Source of the DNA: Lama glama
Taxonomy: Eukaryota
Reading direction: 5' to 3'
Assembly (NCBI GenBank): GCA_028534125.1
Contig: CM052816.1
Coordinates: forward strand, 9,922,001-9,986,000
Length of the DNA: 64,000 nucleotides
In this document: one piece after another, positions 53,200 to 64,000 of the stretch
Layout: each line of letters begins with the position of its first letter
Numbering within the stretch: the stretch's first letter is position 1
The notes under the pieces: generated by a model
The model's input: the letters and a program-made list of their open reading frames with translations, nothing else
What the model was told of the DNA's origin: nothing
Databases searched by the model: none
Made by a program: the position numbers and the translations under genes

Positions 53200-53420
53200 C
53201 TAAGTTCCTCCTTTCCCAGGACAGTCATTAAGATACTTGAAAGAAATCATCTGGGCACCTGAGTCATCTCTGAGCTAAGTACCACCCAGTTCCTTCTACT
53301 CTTCTTCATAGACATGCTGGTTCTTACTGTTCATCATCCTGGAGCTCATTTGAATATGCACAATTTTTTTGTGCCCTTCTTGACATGTGACTTTCCTAAA
53401 TAAACTGTGTCATTCCAACT
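53200..53420 (-). mobile_element. CR1/L3-type LINE fragment
   Basis: 'agatacttgaaag...gctaagtaccacccagttccttc...gtgcccttcttgacatgtg' resembles reverse L3. Confidence 0.5.
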
Positions 53421-55176
53421 AGGAAAGTTGAAAGTCAACTACAGAAACTTTTCTCATCTTGTTCCTGACACGACATTCCGAAAGCAAAGGATATCCTGTG
53501 CCAGACAGTGTGTGCAGATTTCGGCTTAATCTGTCTGTGAGATATTTGTTAGCTCAGCAAAGACATTGGGATGAATTTAGGGTGTGCCTCAACTTCTCTC
53601 TGGAGCCCAAAAAGCACTCACATGGCCAGAACATACCAAGACCCATAAAAAGACTAGGAAAAGGATTTTTGAATATATTACATGGTGGGTCTAGTGATAG
53701 AATCTGAAGTCATCACCGGTGAGCCTTACTTCAGAAACCCAAGGATGGAAGATAGCAAAAAATGGGACGGGCATGTTTCTAAAATGATACAGTGAAAAGG
53801 GCAGGATACTGCAGCTGACTCTGCCAACTACTTGCTTTGGGACCTTGAACAATCATTTTACCATTCAGGATTTTATTTTTTTCACTTGCAAAACAATATG
53901 GTTAGACAGAATGTTTCCCAAAAATGTATGATTAAACACTTTGATCAGAAAAGCATTTCTGCACATGGATGTGAAATTAAGTATATTTTATTTATAGAGA
54001 ATATTTATTCAACTCTCACAAATTACATATAGTATAAAACATACCACAAAAAAAGTTTTTAAATAATTAGATTTTTTTAATGTAATAAAAAATCTAGACC
54101 AGGAATTAGCAAACTTTTTCTGTCAAGGGTCAGAAACTACATATTTTATGCTTTGCAGTCCATACATACTCTGTTCTCAAGACTATTCTGTCTGACATTA
54201 GTCTAGCCACTCCAGTGTTTTTATGGTTTCTGTTTGCATAATGCATCTTTTTTCATCCTTTTACTTGAAGTTGAGGCACACCCTAATTGTATTTTGCTTA
54301 TATTTTCCAAACTGAAAAGACTGCAGTTAACAAAGTGTCCCAGGAAGGAAAAAGGTCAGGAGTAGAAAGGGAGAAGAGAAAAGATAATCTCAGGTGTTCT
54401 TTCTAGTTATGAAATTCTGCTACATTCATCTAAAATGGCATAAAATCTTTAGCAACACTGGGAGTATACTTCAGGTCATCTTGAAATCTAAACATTTGTA
54501 CATTAGGCTATATTTTCATTATCTCTATTAAGATTTTCCTCAGTTTTGTGATTGAAGTTCTTTTCTGAAAATGGAAATGGCATTAATGGAAAGAGAACAT
54601 AAATGTTCTATACCTGGGTCTAAGGAGCAAGAACAGAGATCTTTTAGCATCCTCTTGTGTCCACAATTAGTGGTAACAGCTGCCAAGCCCGCTAGGTATT
54701 AGGGACATCTGAGGTAGGGTGCCAGGGTGAAACACATGGAACAAAGAAGCTGAGGTGGCAACTGGGCTTGTGGTTCCCTTTTTATACTGATCTGCTCTAA
54801 CTGAATATGTCTTCTACAAACAAGAATCCCCTACAAGGAAACGTTCTCCTTTTCTCTTTATCTAAATGCTACCCACTCTTTGAGAGACAGTGGATCACCT
54901 TGAATTTGCCAGAATGATTCCTTCTCTGCATAATTAGAGAAGTGAAGATTACTGGTTTTAACATTAGGTGTGAGTTGCATTCTCAACTGTGCTCCTCATT
55001 AGCTGTACAACGCTGGGTCAATCAATCAACCTCTGCGCTGCTGTAGCCACTTGTCAGTGAGTGGGATCCCACACACCAAAGCATAGCGGCTTCGCCTATG
55101 ACTGAGCTAAACGAAGTAAACGTCAAAAGTTAGGAGCCACCAAACAAAGATTAAACAACTTGGACTTCATCAAAGG

Positions 55177-55503
55177 TGTAAAAACTTAATTAACAAAAAC
55201 CCCAATTAAATAGACTTGGGAGACCAGAAGGGGGAGCTCTCGTGCCCTGCAACAACAGCAGAGCCCAATACGAAGAAAACTCCTTAGGCAACAACTCAGT
55301 CAATGAAAAGCCATGGACTCTGTTTACTACAGTCCCCTAGACTTCCTTTTCTTCTCTATAAAAGAGTTCTCCTGTCCTTGCTGTTCGGGGACTTGCGCAC
55401 GGCTTGTCAACCATGGCTACAGATCCCGAATTGCAATTCTAATCCCACATAAACCGATTTTTGCTGGAGAAATACCTGGCAGCCTGTTTATTTTAGTTTA
55501 ACA
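55177..55503 (+). mobile_element. 5' LTR of a class I endogenous retrovirus
   Basis: 327 bp, TG...CA ends, 'ctataaaag' TATA at 55356, directly followed by a PBS-like sequence. Confidence 0.85.
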
Positions 55504-57780
55504 TTTTGGTGGCATATACAAGGATTCAGAGAAGACCCCTGATGACTCCAGGGCTGGTGATAAACAGGTACAGTACCCACAAGAAGCCCATTGTTACTCA
55601 TCGCTATTTTCTCCCACCTTTGAGTTTAAAGGTACGCCTTTCTCCTGGATGTAAGCTTCCACACTCTGCATTCTGAAGCTCTCCAGGTTTTACTTGAGAT
55701 CAACTTCAAGGTTTCATCTTCTCTAGTTAAAGTCTTGTTCTACATCCGAGTGCTCATTTGGCCCTTCAATCTGATTTGAAATTAGATTGTCCATTTGGAA
55801 CCGGTTCAGCCTTTGGACCATTCCTTTGGAATGAGGGCTGTTCTATGGGGACTGAGCTGAGAGGCCTTCAGCTTGTCCCCTCCAGGACCACTCTGTTTCT
55901 CTTGAAACAGCTGGTAGTAGGCCTACAGGCTATTTGAGATATGTGAACTATTTGAGCTATAAGCTGTTTGAGCTGTAAGCTGTTTAGGTGGTTTGAAAAT
56001 TATGCTATTTCTTTAGAGGAAAACCTCTGAGAAATGGAACCCCAGTTATCCAGATATTTTGATGGCACTCCTCCTACAGGGACGGCAGCTGAACTTACAT
56101 TTAAAAACCACAGTCCTTGCTCATATGTGCTCCTAACTAAACGAACCAACTAACCAAAGGCAATTTAGAATACCAGTGGCTAATATGTGAAAATTTTGAG
56201 AATCCCAAACTTACTCTTCTCAAGACTAAATTAAACAACTATATAAAACTAAATAGAATGTGTGTTTCCATTGGTATTTTGAGGATTCCAAGGCCTACTG
56301 ACTGAAACAAAATTGAGAATTGCACACAAAAATCTGATTAATCTTGTCATGTCCATTACAACTGACTTCACATTATTATTTTTTTAATTCTGGTATTCCT
56401 TTATATGTTGATTCCACCCAGGTAGCTTTTAATGCTATGTTTATTAATGTGCTGAACTGGGGACCCTTCCCTTCTAGTAAAAAGGATCTGGATGGAATGG
56501 GAAACCATGCGCACTCCAGGCTTAGTTAATCTGGCAGAGCAGCTTTCACTGTGAATGAGTCACCTCAAAGGGAGATAGCTAAAATTCTTAATCTTCAATT
56601 CCAGCAAATGAAGCCCCTAAGCAAAACCAAAACCTCCTAGTTTCTGCTGCTATTGTAAAGAGTCAGAACAACAGGAAAAAAAAATTATTGCATATGTAAG
56701 CCCTTTAGTTGCCTCCAGCCTTTCCAACATCCTCCCATTCTCAATGACAGGGCTCTTCCCAAACCTTCCCCTTAATCAGCTGGGAGAAGCATTTTTCCAG
56801 ATTAAGGAGGAATCTCTTCCAGTCCTAACTGACACCAAACCCACACTCTTGGTGCTCAACCTTGCTACAGTGAAACAGCCCCTGCCTTGGAGGTCTAAAA
56901 TAATTCAAACAGAGGGGATCACTAATGAACCTCAAAAGCTTCCTGTCTCTGAACCTGTTTCCTTTTATTAAGCCTCTTTGAGATACACCATTTTCTCCTT
57001 AGTTCCTCTGCCCCTATCCATTTATTAGGCCAAGACTTTTTACAGAAGTATCATGCTGAAAAGGGGGAAATAATTCTAGAATTTGACAGTAGAAATCAAA
57101 GCAGCCAACCAGATTAATCAAATGATGCTTTCACATCTTTTATTTACTCCATTTATGACTACACTAGAGATGATTCTGAAAACATTGATTGTGAGTGTCT
57201 GTTGAATCAGCTGCTGTCTTTCTTTTGGGCAAAGTCTCTGAGTGATATTGGCAAAATTCACAGCACATCTCCCATCAAGATTCAAACAGATCCGTCAAAA
57301 CCTCTCCCCATAATTAATCAATTCCCGTTAAGTAAAGAAGCCCTTCAAGACATAAAGCCCATAATAGAAGTCTGCAAGTTCAAGACCTCATTATCCCTGG
57401 TACTAGTCCCTCTAACACTCTCACAACAGTGAGGAAACCTAAAGGCCAAGGATGGAGGTTTGTCCACGACCTCCAAGCTATAAACAACATTGTTATCCCT
57501 TGACACCCTGTCATCCGTAATCTTCATATGCTATTAACACTCATTCCCATTGGAAGAAAATTCTTTACTGTAACTGATGTATGCAGTGCATCCTTTAGTA
57601 TTCCAGTTAATGAAGCTAGTTTAATATCTTTTTGCCTTCACTTGGGAAGAACATCAGTTCACCTGGACAGTGATCCCTTGAGGTTTTATGACAGGCCCTC
57701 TTATTTCTCACAGATCTTGAACCCTGATCTGGGTGATGTAAAGTTCCCTGGAGGTTCTATTCTTTGCAATATGTGGTGAT
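55504..57780 (+). mobile_element. Defective ERV1 internal region: leader, deleted gag, pro and N-terminal RT remnants
   Basis: gag-like start ATG at 56034 (MEPQLSRYFDGTPPTGT...); pro-like 'LPVLTDTKPTLLVLN'; RT N-terminal 'PIKIQTDPSKPLPIINQFPLSKEALQDIKPIIE', 'WRFVHDLQAINNIV', 'FFTVTDVCSASFSIPV', 'FAFTWE'; ends at 'caatatgtggtgat' (frameshifted QYVDD). Many stops and frameshifts. Confidence 0.9.
55507..55524 (+). other. Degenerate primer-binding site, probably tRNA-Ile
   Basis: tggtggcatatacaagga vs recalled tRNA-Ile complement tggtggcccgtacgggga: 13/18 match, most differences explained by CpG decay. Confidence 0.55.
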
Positions 57781-58020
57781 GTAACATATCATATAGATAT
57801 ATGTATATCCTTTCTTTATATGTATTCCTTCCATAAATATATCACAAGGATTAAAATCTTAAATTCTAAAAATAACTCATCCTGGCAGATTCTATTTTCT
57901 TTATTTCAAAAAGGAGGAAATAGTTCAGGAGAGTTTAGTGACTTGCCTAGGGCCACTTTTGTAACAGGTGCAGAGTTGGGATTCAAACTCTGACCACCTG
58001 ACCCCAAGCTGGGGCTTCTT

Positions 58021-58173
58021 TTATTTTTTTAGACTTTTTTTTTTTTAATTTTGCAGCAGGGAGGTAGTTAGATTTATTTACTTATTTGGTTTTTCAATGG
58101 AAGCACCAGGATTGAACCCAGGACCTCATGCATGCTAAGCATGCACTCTACCACTTGAGTTATACCATCCCCC
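58021..58173 (-). mobile_element. tRNA-Ala-derived Vic-1-type camelid SINE with perfect 20-bp TSD, inside a MIR
   Basis: Reverse strand reads 'ggggatggtataactcaagtggtagagtgcatgcttagcatgcatgaggtcctgggttcaatcc' (A and B boxes) then an A-rich tail; accccaagctggggcttctt at 58001-58020 and 58174-58193. Confidence 0.9.
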
Positions 58174-58299
58174 ACCCCAAGCTGGGGCTTCTTGCACTTC
58201 ACTGCATTGCCCACCCACCCCCATCTATATCCTCTGGCCATCTCTGTACGATTGCTGAAACAAGAAGGCAGAGTGACACCTTATTCAAACTCACCTGGA

Positions 58300-58444
58300 G
58301 ATGTGTGCCTCTGGCCACTAAATTTTCACTATTCTACATGGATTCAAATGACCATGAAAGCATATTGATTTCAGGGTTATAAAAATTTTTTTGCAAGTAG
58401 GCAAATTTGTAAATATAGAATCTGTAAATAATGAGAATTGACTG
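58300..58444 (+). mobile_element. Tigger13a-like terminal fragment
   Basis: 'caagtaggcaaatttgtaaatatagaatctgtaaataatgagaattgactg' followed by TA. Confidence 0.65.
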
Positions 58445-59595
58445 TATCTAATAAGAGACTATTATCCAAAATATATTAAGAACTGTTACAACTCAACAAC
58501 AAGGTTCTACGGTACAGCACAGAGAACTATATTCAATACCTTCTAATGGCCTATAACAGAAACGAATATGAACAAGAACACATTTATGTATGTATGTGTG
58601 TGTGTATATATAAATATATATATATGTACAACTGAATCCCTTTGCTGTACATCAGAAACACAACATTGTAAAAACTATACTTCAATTAAAAATAGTAATA
58701 AAATTTTTTTTAATTTGTAAAAAAAAAAAAAAAAGAACTGTTATAACTCAACAAGAAAAAGAAACACACATTAAAAAAAAAACGACCCACGGACTAAAAA
58801 GACATTTCCCCGAAGAAGATATATTGGCCAACAAGAACAAGGTGCTCCATATCATTAGTTATAGGGAAATATGAATCAAAACCTCAATGATATACCATTT
58901 TGCACTTACTAGGATGGCTATAATATTTTTAAAAGAAGAAAGAAAATAAGTTTTGGCAAGGATGTAGAAAATTGGAACCGTCACGCATTGCTAATGAAAG
59001 TGTAAAATGGTGCAACCATTGTGGAAAACAGTTTGGCAGTATCTCAAAAAGTTAAACATAAAGTTACCACATGGTCCAGTAATTCTGCTCTTAGGATGTG
59101 CTCCAAGAGTTAAAAAATGGGTATTCTGACAAAAACTGCAGCACTATTCACAACAGCCAAAAGGTGGCAACAACACAAATATCCACCAACAGATGAACTG
59201 AAAAACGAAACGGTGTATCTATACAATGGAAATTATTCATCCATAAAAAGGAGTGGTATACTGATACTTGCTACAACATGAATGAACCTTGAAAACATTA
59301 GCTAAGTGAAAGAAGCTAGATACAAAAAGTCACATAGTGTATTATTCCATTCATATTAAATACTCAGAATGGTAAATCCATAGAGACAGACAGCAGACTA
59401 GTGACTGAGGGAGCCTGGAGGCAGGGGAATGAGGAGTGACTGCTGAATTGGTAAAGAATACTTTGATGAAAGTATTCTGGAACTGAAATAGAGGTGATGG
59501 TTCCACAACATTCTGTAAGTACTAAACGCCATTGAATTGCAGTTTAAAGTTGTTTCCTTCATGTTATGTGAACTTTACCTCAAGTTTTTAAAAAT
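58445..59595 (+). mobile_element. Old L1 (L1MB-like) ORF2 end + 3'UTR, interrupted by a younger L1 stub
   Basis: 'ttggcaaggatgtagaaaattggaacc...gtggaaaacagtttggcagt...atgaaccttgaaaacatt...atgttatgtgaactttacctcaa'. Confidence 0.9.
58500..58732 (+). mobile_element. Younger L1 3'UTR stub with polyA and ~22-bp TSD
   Basis: Similar to 19818-19985; aagaactgttacaactcaacaa (58478-58499) vs aagaactgttataactcaacaa (58733-58754). Confidence 0.9.
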
Positions 59596-59659
59596 GTATC
59601 GCCAAAAAAAAAAGTTGGAATTGAAACCAAAAGGAAGATTTCTCTTTTTCTCAATATTG

Positions 59660-59952
59660 CAGTATCTGTGACATGTCAGCTCAGAAACAGCCAAATGTGT
59701 ATCTACCGCCTGCCAAGTGGACAGAGGAACCAAGAGAAGGCTGTTCTACTAAGAAGTAAAGAAGAAAGAAATACAGTCTACAGGCAGGAACATAAATTCA
59801 GAATGGAGAGGGAGGAGAGATGATATTCCAGGCCCTAGTTTCAGCTCTTTCTTCTGCCTATGGGATTCCTGAGACACCTCCTGATTCTCATAATTAACTT
59901 TTTTTCTTCAGTTTTTATTCTACTTGTCATCAAAAGTGTCCTATCTAATACA
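59660..59952 (+). mobile_element. MaLR LTR 3' part (MLT1K/L-like)
   Basis: Ends 'ttctacttgtcatcaaaagtgtcctatctaataca', an MLT1-type terminus. Confidence 0.55.
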
Positions 59953-60489
59953 TAAACCCAGTTAAAGGATCACTTCTGCCATGAAGTCTACTGCAGTCCA
60001 GAGAAATGATTGCATTTTGAAATTTACTATAGAAAGATGGACTCTTAAGATTTGAAAACACCTTAATGGTGCTTCTCAGTGAGACACAATCCCCACACTA
60101 CCTCTACCAAGTATCAGCAGACTCTGCTTGAGTAACTCTACTAATGAAAAGTAATTATTTCCAGGGGCAGATCACTCCCTATTTGGGCAACTTTGGCTAC
60201 TAGAAAATTACTCTATGTAAAAGGGCAGAAATGTATTCACTCAAAATATTATAACATCTGGAGTCATTTAGGAAAAAAAAAAAGCAGTGTTTCTTTCCCT
60301 GTGATGACTATTGAGCAATCTGAAGACAATGACCATACCTCCACCACATTCCTTCCTATCACTCCCCTTGTGTGTAATACACACGTGCACACAAACACAA
60401 GAACACACACACACTGTCTTCTCCCTGTATTATTTCCTTGCCCATCCCTCTCACAGCATCTTAGAACAGTTAAGATGACATGTTGTAAC

Positions 60490-60720
60490 ATGAGACTCAG
60501 ATTTGATTTCAACTCTGCCCTTCCTTAGATGTGTAACTCTGGACACATCAGTCCGTCTCAGTTTCCACATCTGTGAATTGAGATCATTGAGCATAATAAG
60601 AGCATTCAATACAAAGGACTGTTGTGAAGAGCAAATAAAATAGTTCATGTAAAGAATGCAGCACAGTATTGGCCGTAGCTAGGCATTCAAAAAATGCTGG
60701 CCATTACTATCTTATTAATA
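60490..60720 (+). mobile_element. MIR SINE
   Basis: 'tctcagtttccacatctgtgaattgag...ttgtgaagagcaaataaaatagttcatgtaaagaatgc...cattcaaaaaatgctggccattact'. Confidence 0.8.
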
Positions 60721-63700
60721 ACTGTATTCATACTTGCTATTTGGATTGTTCTTATCTAGTAATCTAGTTTTATTTGGTAAAGCCTTCAAACTGCGATATA
60801 CAAAGACATCATTTTAGAAGCTCTTTGTAATGCTTATAATACCAAGCACCATGGGGTTGGTAGAATATCCCCTTTGACAAAGGAAACTAAGACACAGAGT
60901 AAGGGGCCCACATCACCCAGCTCGTACATGGCAGAGCAAAAATTCTAATCCAAGAATTTTGGCCCAAATGCTGTTGTAACATACCAATTACACCAGCCTA
61001 GCTCATTATTTATCCACAACGTGACACTCAGCAATACAGCATGGCTTGTTCAGCTAAGCCCTCTTTAAGCAATGCAACTCAAAATGAGGCCCCATGGTGG
61101 GGAGTCACTATTTTAAACAATGGCATTTTTCCTCCAAGAACAACTTTAAGCTAGTTTTTAAGAAGAGTAAATAAGTCATGGGGATACATATGTAAGTGCT
61201 TGGTGTAAATAAGTACATGGTGACTATAAATAATGATACTGTATCACATATTTGAAAGTTACTAAGAGAGTGGATCTTAAAAGTAAAATAAAAAATATAA
61301 AGATTAGATAGGTGGTTTGGTCAGTAGCACTAATTCAGAGCCCAAGAGGGGCACTTAAATACCTAAAGAAAATATGGAGGGAAAATTTTTATGGGTGTTC
61401 ACCAAAAAATTAGCAACTTCCTACAGCTAACTACTCTATGTCTGGTGCCATAACACAAATTTCAAATCCCTGTATCTTCACAGTTAACTCAGTTATTACC
61501 TCAAAGAGATGGAAACAAACTATAATAAATTTAAACTATGTATATATGGATTTCTGTGTTTATTATCTTTTATCCTTTCCCCATCGTATTAAGGAAAATC
61601 TGCATTGTTCTGGGCTTTTCACAACACCTCAATCCGTCCCCAGCTTCAAAAGACAGATTCAGCGTGGTCCTGTTCTGCTTCTCACCCATTTTGGATATAA
61701 AATTGGCAAATGAGAAGAGGGACACGTGGAGAAGTGAAGAGAGAGAAAGGCAACTATTCAGCCAATTAAGAGCATAAATTACAGAGGCTAAAGGATAAGA
61801 GAGGAAAAGAAAAATGAAGAGTCACTAAGGCTCAGTTTTGGTTTGTTTTGTCTTTTTATCAAGAAGAGCTTCATGCAGGATTAGTAGTGAAGATTTAAAG
61901 GCTTGAGGTGGCTGCAGAGTGTGAGCAATGTGAAGGTTGGGAGGGACCGGGGGAAGCAGGACTGTAGATGGACTGAGAATGAATTAAATCCCTGCTGATG
62001 TCTGCCGAGAGATTCAAGTCAAGACCGAATCCCTTTAACGACCTTTGGACGCTACACTTGGTTTCTTTGGAGATGAATGCACAGAGAACTTCAGCCAGCT
62101 AGAGTCCCCAGGTTTATTCTGGTTAGAGCAACATTTGTCACAGGTGTCCATATACGCAACTACCTTGCTGGGATGAGCAAGTCTTATCCCATTTGCTACT
62201 CCCTTTTCCTCAAAAACCTGGTCATACACATCACTTTCAGAATACTGATAAACCAATATGAAGCAAATTATGCTCCCTTGCCATTTTTAAATACGTAGTA
62301 CAAATACAAAGCCCTCACACACCTGCTGCTCTTTACAATTTTCAAACTTCTTTTTCATCTCATTTGAGCTTCAAAACCTTCCTAGAAAGCAGGCAAGGGT
62401 CATTACCACTACTTTACAAGCTGAGGGAAAGGAGGTTCATAGATGGTGCATGGCTTTCACAAGTTCACGCAGTCTGTATGTGGCAGAATCGGATTTTAAC
62501 TTTGATCTCTGACTGCAAGTCTACTGGGTTCCATGGGACTTGTCACCATGCTTCCCACTGTTCAAATGTGCTTCAAACCCCATGTCATGGAGACTGCTGA
62601 GTACACAGAGGCAAAAACATTTGGCTTAGAGTTTGGAGAACTTGGATCCAGTCCCCACATTTCTATAACTTTGGATAAGTCATTTTTCCACTCTGGGTTT
62701 ATGTTTATCGACTTCTTCATGTATTTGTAATTTAGAACTTCAACATTTTACATTAGCAATAATAATAGTTATTATTACTGAAGGCTTATATAAGGTGGAC
62801 CCTAATAATAATGTAATTGCTCACATTGCTCACACTCTACAGCCACCTAATGCTAAACCATCCATTTAATCTTGATAAACTTGTAGGGTTTCAGAGATCT
62901 TAAAATAACTTTCTCCAAAATGGCAATTAGCAGAATCAGGATTTGAACAGAGGTCAGATAGACTCTTTTTTTCATGGTACCATATAGCTTCAAAATCTCT
63001 TGCTGAATTATCAAAATATATGAGTGACTATGAAAGAGGCAGACCACTCTAGATTGGTAGATGGCAGGCTCACTAAGCAAGGGAACTTACATTCAAGGCT
63101 TGTTTTGGGGGCCACAAAATGAGTAGATCTCTGCACCTGCCTACCAGAATCTTAAATTTTTATATAGAAGCCTTGAAGAAGGTTTAGTCATGGCATATCC
63201 AGTCCAGTTCTCAACCACACATGACTCTTTCAAGGCTGTGGCTTGAAAAATGGCTCCAGCAATGGGAGTGGGGTGGGGGTGGGGGGGTGGAACATACGTT
63301 CCAAGGACGGGTCCAGGTCAACTGGCAGTCATGTCCTCTCAATAACCTCCTCCCCCAGGTCTGGATCTGGGTTTGCCTTCCTCAGAATCCATGTTCCCGA
63401 GAACTGCATTGTACTGCCAGAGAAGCAGGACTTTGTGTGGTTCCTGTACCTGAGCCTCTGTCTCGAATCTAGGTGAGTAAAAGAACTTCTTAGAATGCGA
63501 CCAGTAGCCTCTCCTCCATTACCTCGGACCCCTTCCACCATGCCTACTGTCCTCGTCAGGGGAGTCCCCTGTGTGAAACTGTCGATGCATAGGTGGCTGC
63601 ACCCGCCTTCCTCTCCCACTGCACTAAACAAGGCTATGCTCACTCACACAGTCTCCATTTATCAGTATACAGGAAAGTAAACTTTAGAAACTAGAATGTG

Positions 63701-64000
63701 GTAAGAAATGCTCCTCTGGTTCGCACGAAAGGCTTGGGAACTCGAGAGAAGAGACAACCTCAAAATACCTGTTGAGACTAGCTTTGGGCTTTGTTCCAGA
63801 TTCTGGTCACATTTTTGAAACCCACACTCTAAGCAAGTGGGACAAGTTTGGGCACTTAATCTATGTCAGTAGGCCCTCTTCAAGCCAAATGTAGGACTTT
63901 CCAAATCCTTACACTGGGAGAGGAAGCCCAGCTTCCATGGGGGAAAGCACCGTCTCCCAGTCAAACAAGAAGAGCACTGGAGTTCGCCTCTGAACTTCAC

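Noticed and set aside
56744..57779. Domesticated or functional retroviral protease/RT
   Set aside because: Protease DTG motif degraded (DTK), multiple stops and frameshifts, YVDD frameshifted and truncated.
58100..58173. tRNA-Ala gene
   Set aside because: Followed by a tRNA-unrelated A-rich tail, flanked by TSDs and lacking an intact acceptor stem; it is a SINE head.
1..64000. CRISPR array, operon or other prokaryote-type system; CpG island; rRNA gene
   Set aside because: The sequence is CpG-depleted mammalian DNA with no regularly spaced repeats, long ORFs, CpG island or rRNA-like segment.

Overview
Mammalian non-coding genomic DNA, very probably camelid (alpaca/llama/camel), judged from a tRNA-Ala-derived Vic-1-type SINE with perfect TSDs and young artiodactyl-type L1 3' ends. 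No intact protein-coding exon could be recognised; the ORF track is L1/ERV remnants, simple repeats, N-gap read-through and chance ORFs. The window is dense in interspersed repeats: L2, MIR, CR1/L3, old and young L1, MaLR and ERV1 solo LTRs, hAT and Tigger DNA transposons, and one 5'-LTR-PBS-gag-pro-pol ERV1 remnant at 55.2-57.8 kb. The best gene-related signal is a repeat-free segment at about 13.0-13.4 kb that looks like a minus-strand promoter plus non-coding first exon (ETS site, E-boxes, six ATGs, consensus GTAAGT donor). From memory only, it resembles exon 1 of ATP10B; this is unverified. If correct, bases 1-13035 are intron 1 and 13.4-64 kb is upstream intergenic DNA. There are three N gaps, one flanked by an exact 199-bp duplication. 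I found no evidence of a new biological system. The notable items are retrotransposition junction structures, nested insertions and candidate enhancers. Repeat family names are from recall of consensus sequences, not a database search, and old-repeat boundaries are approximate.
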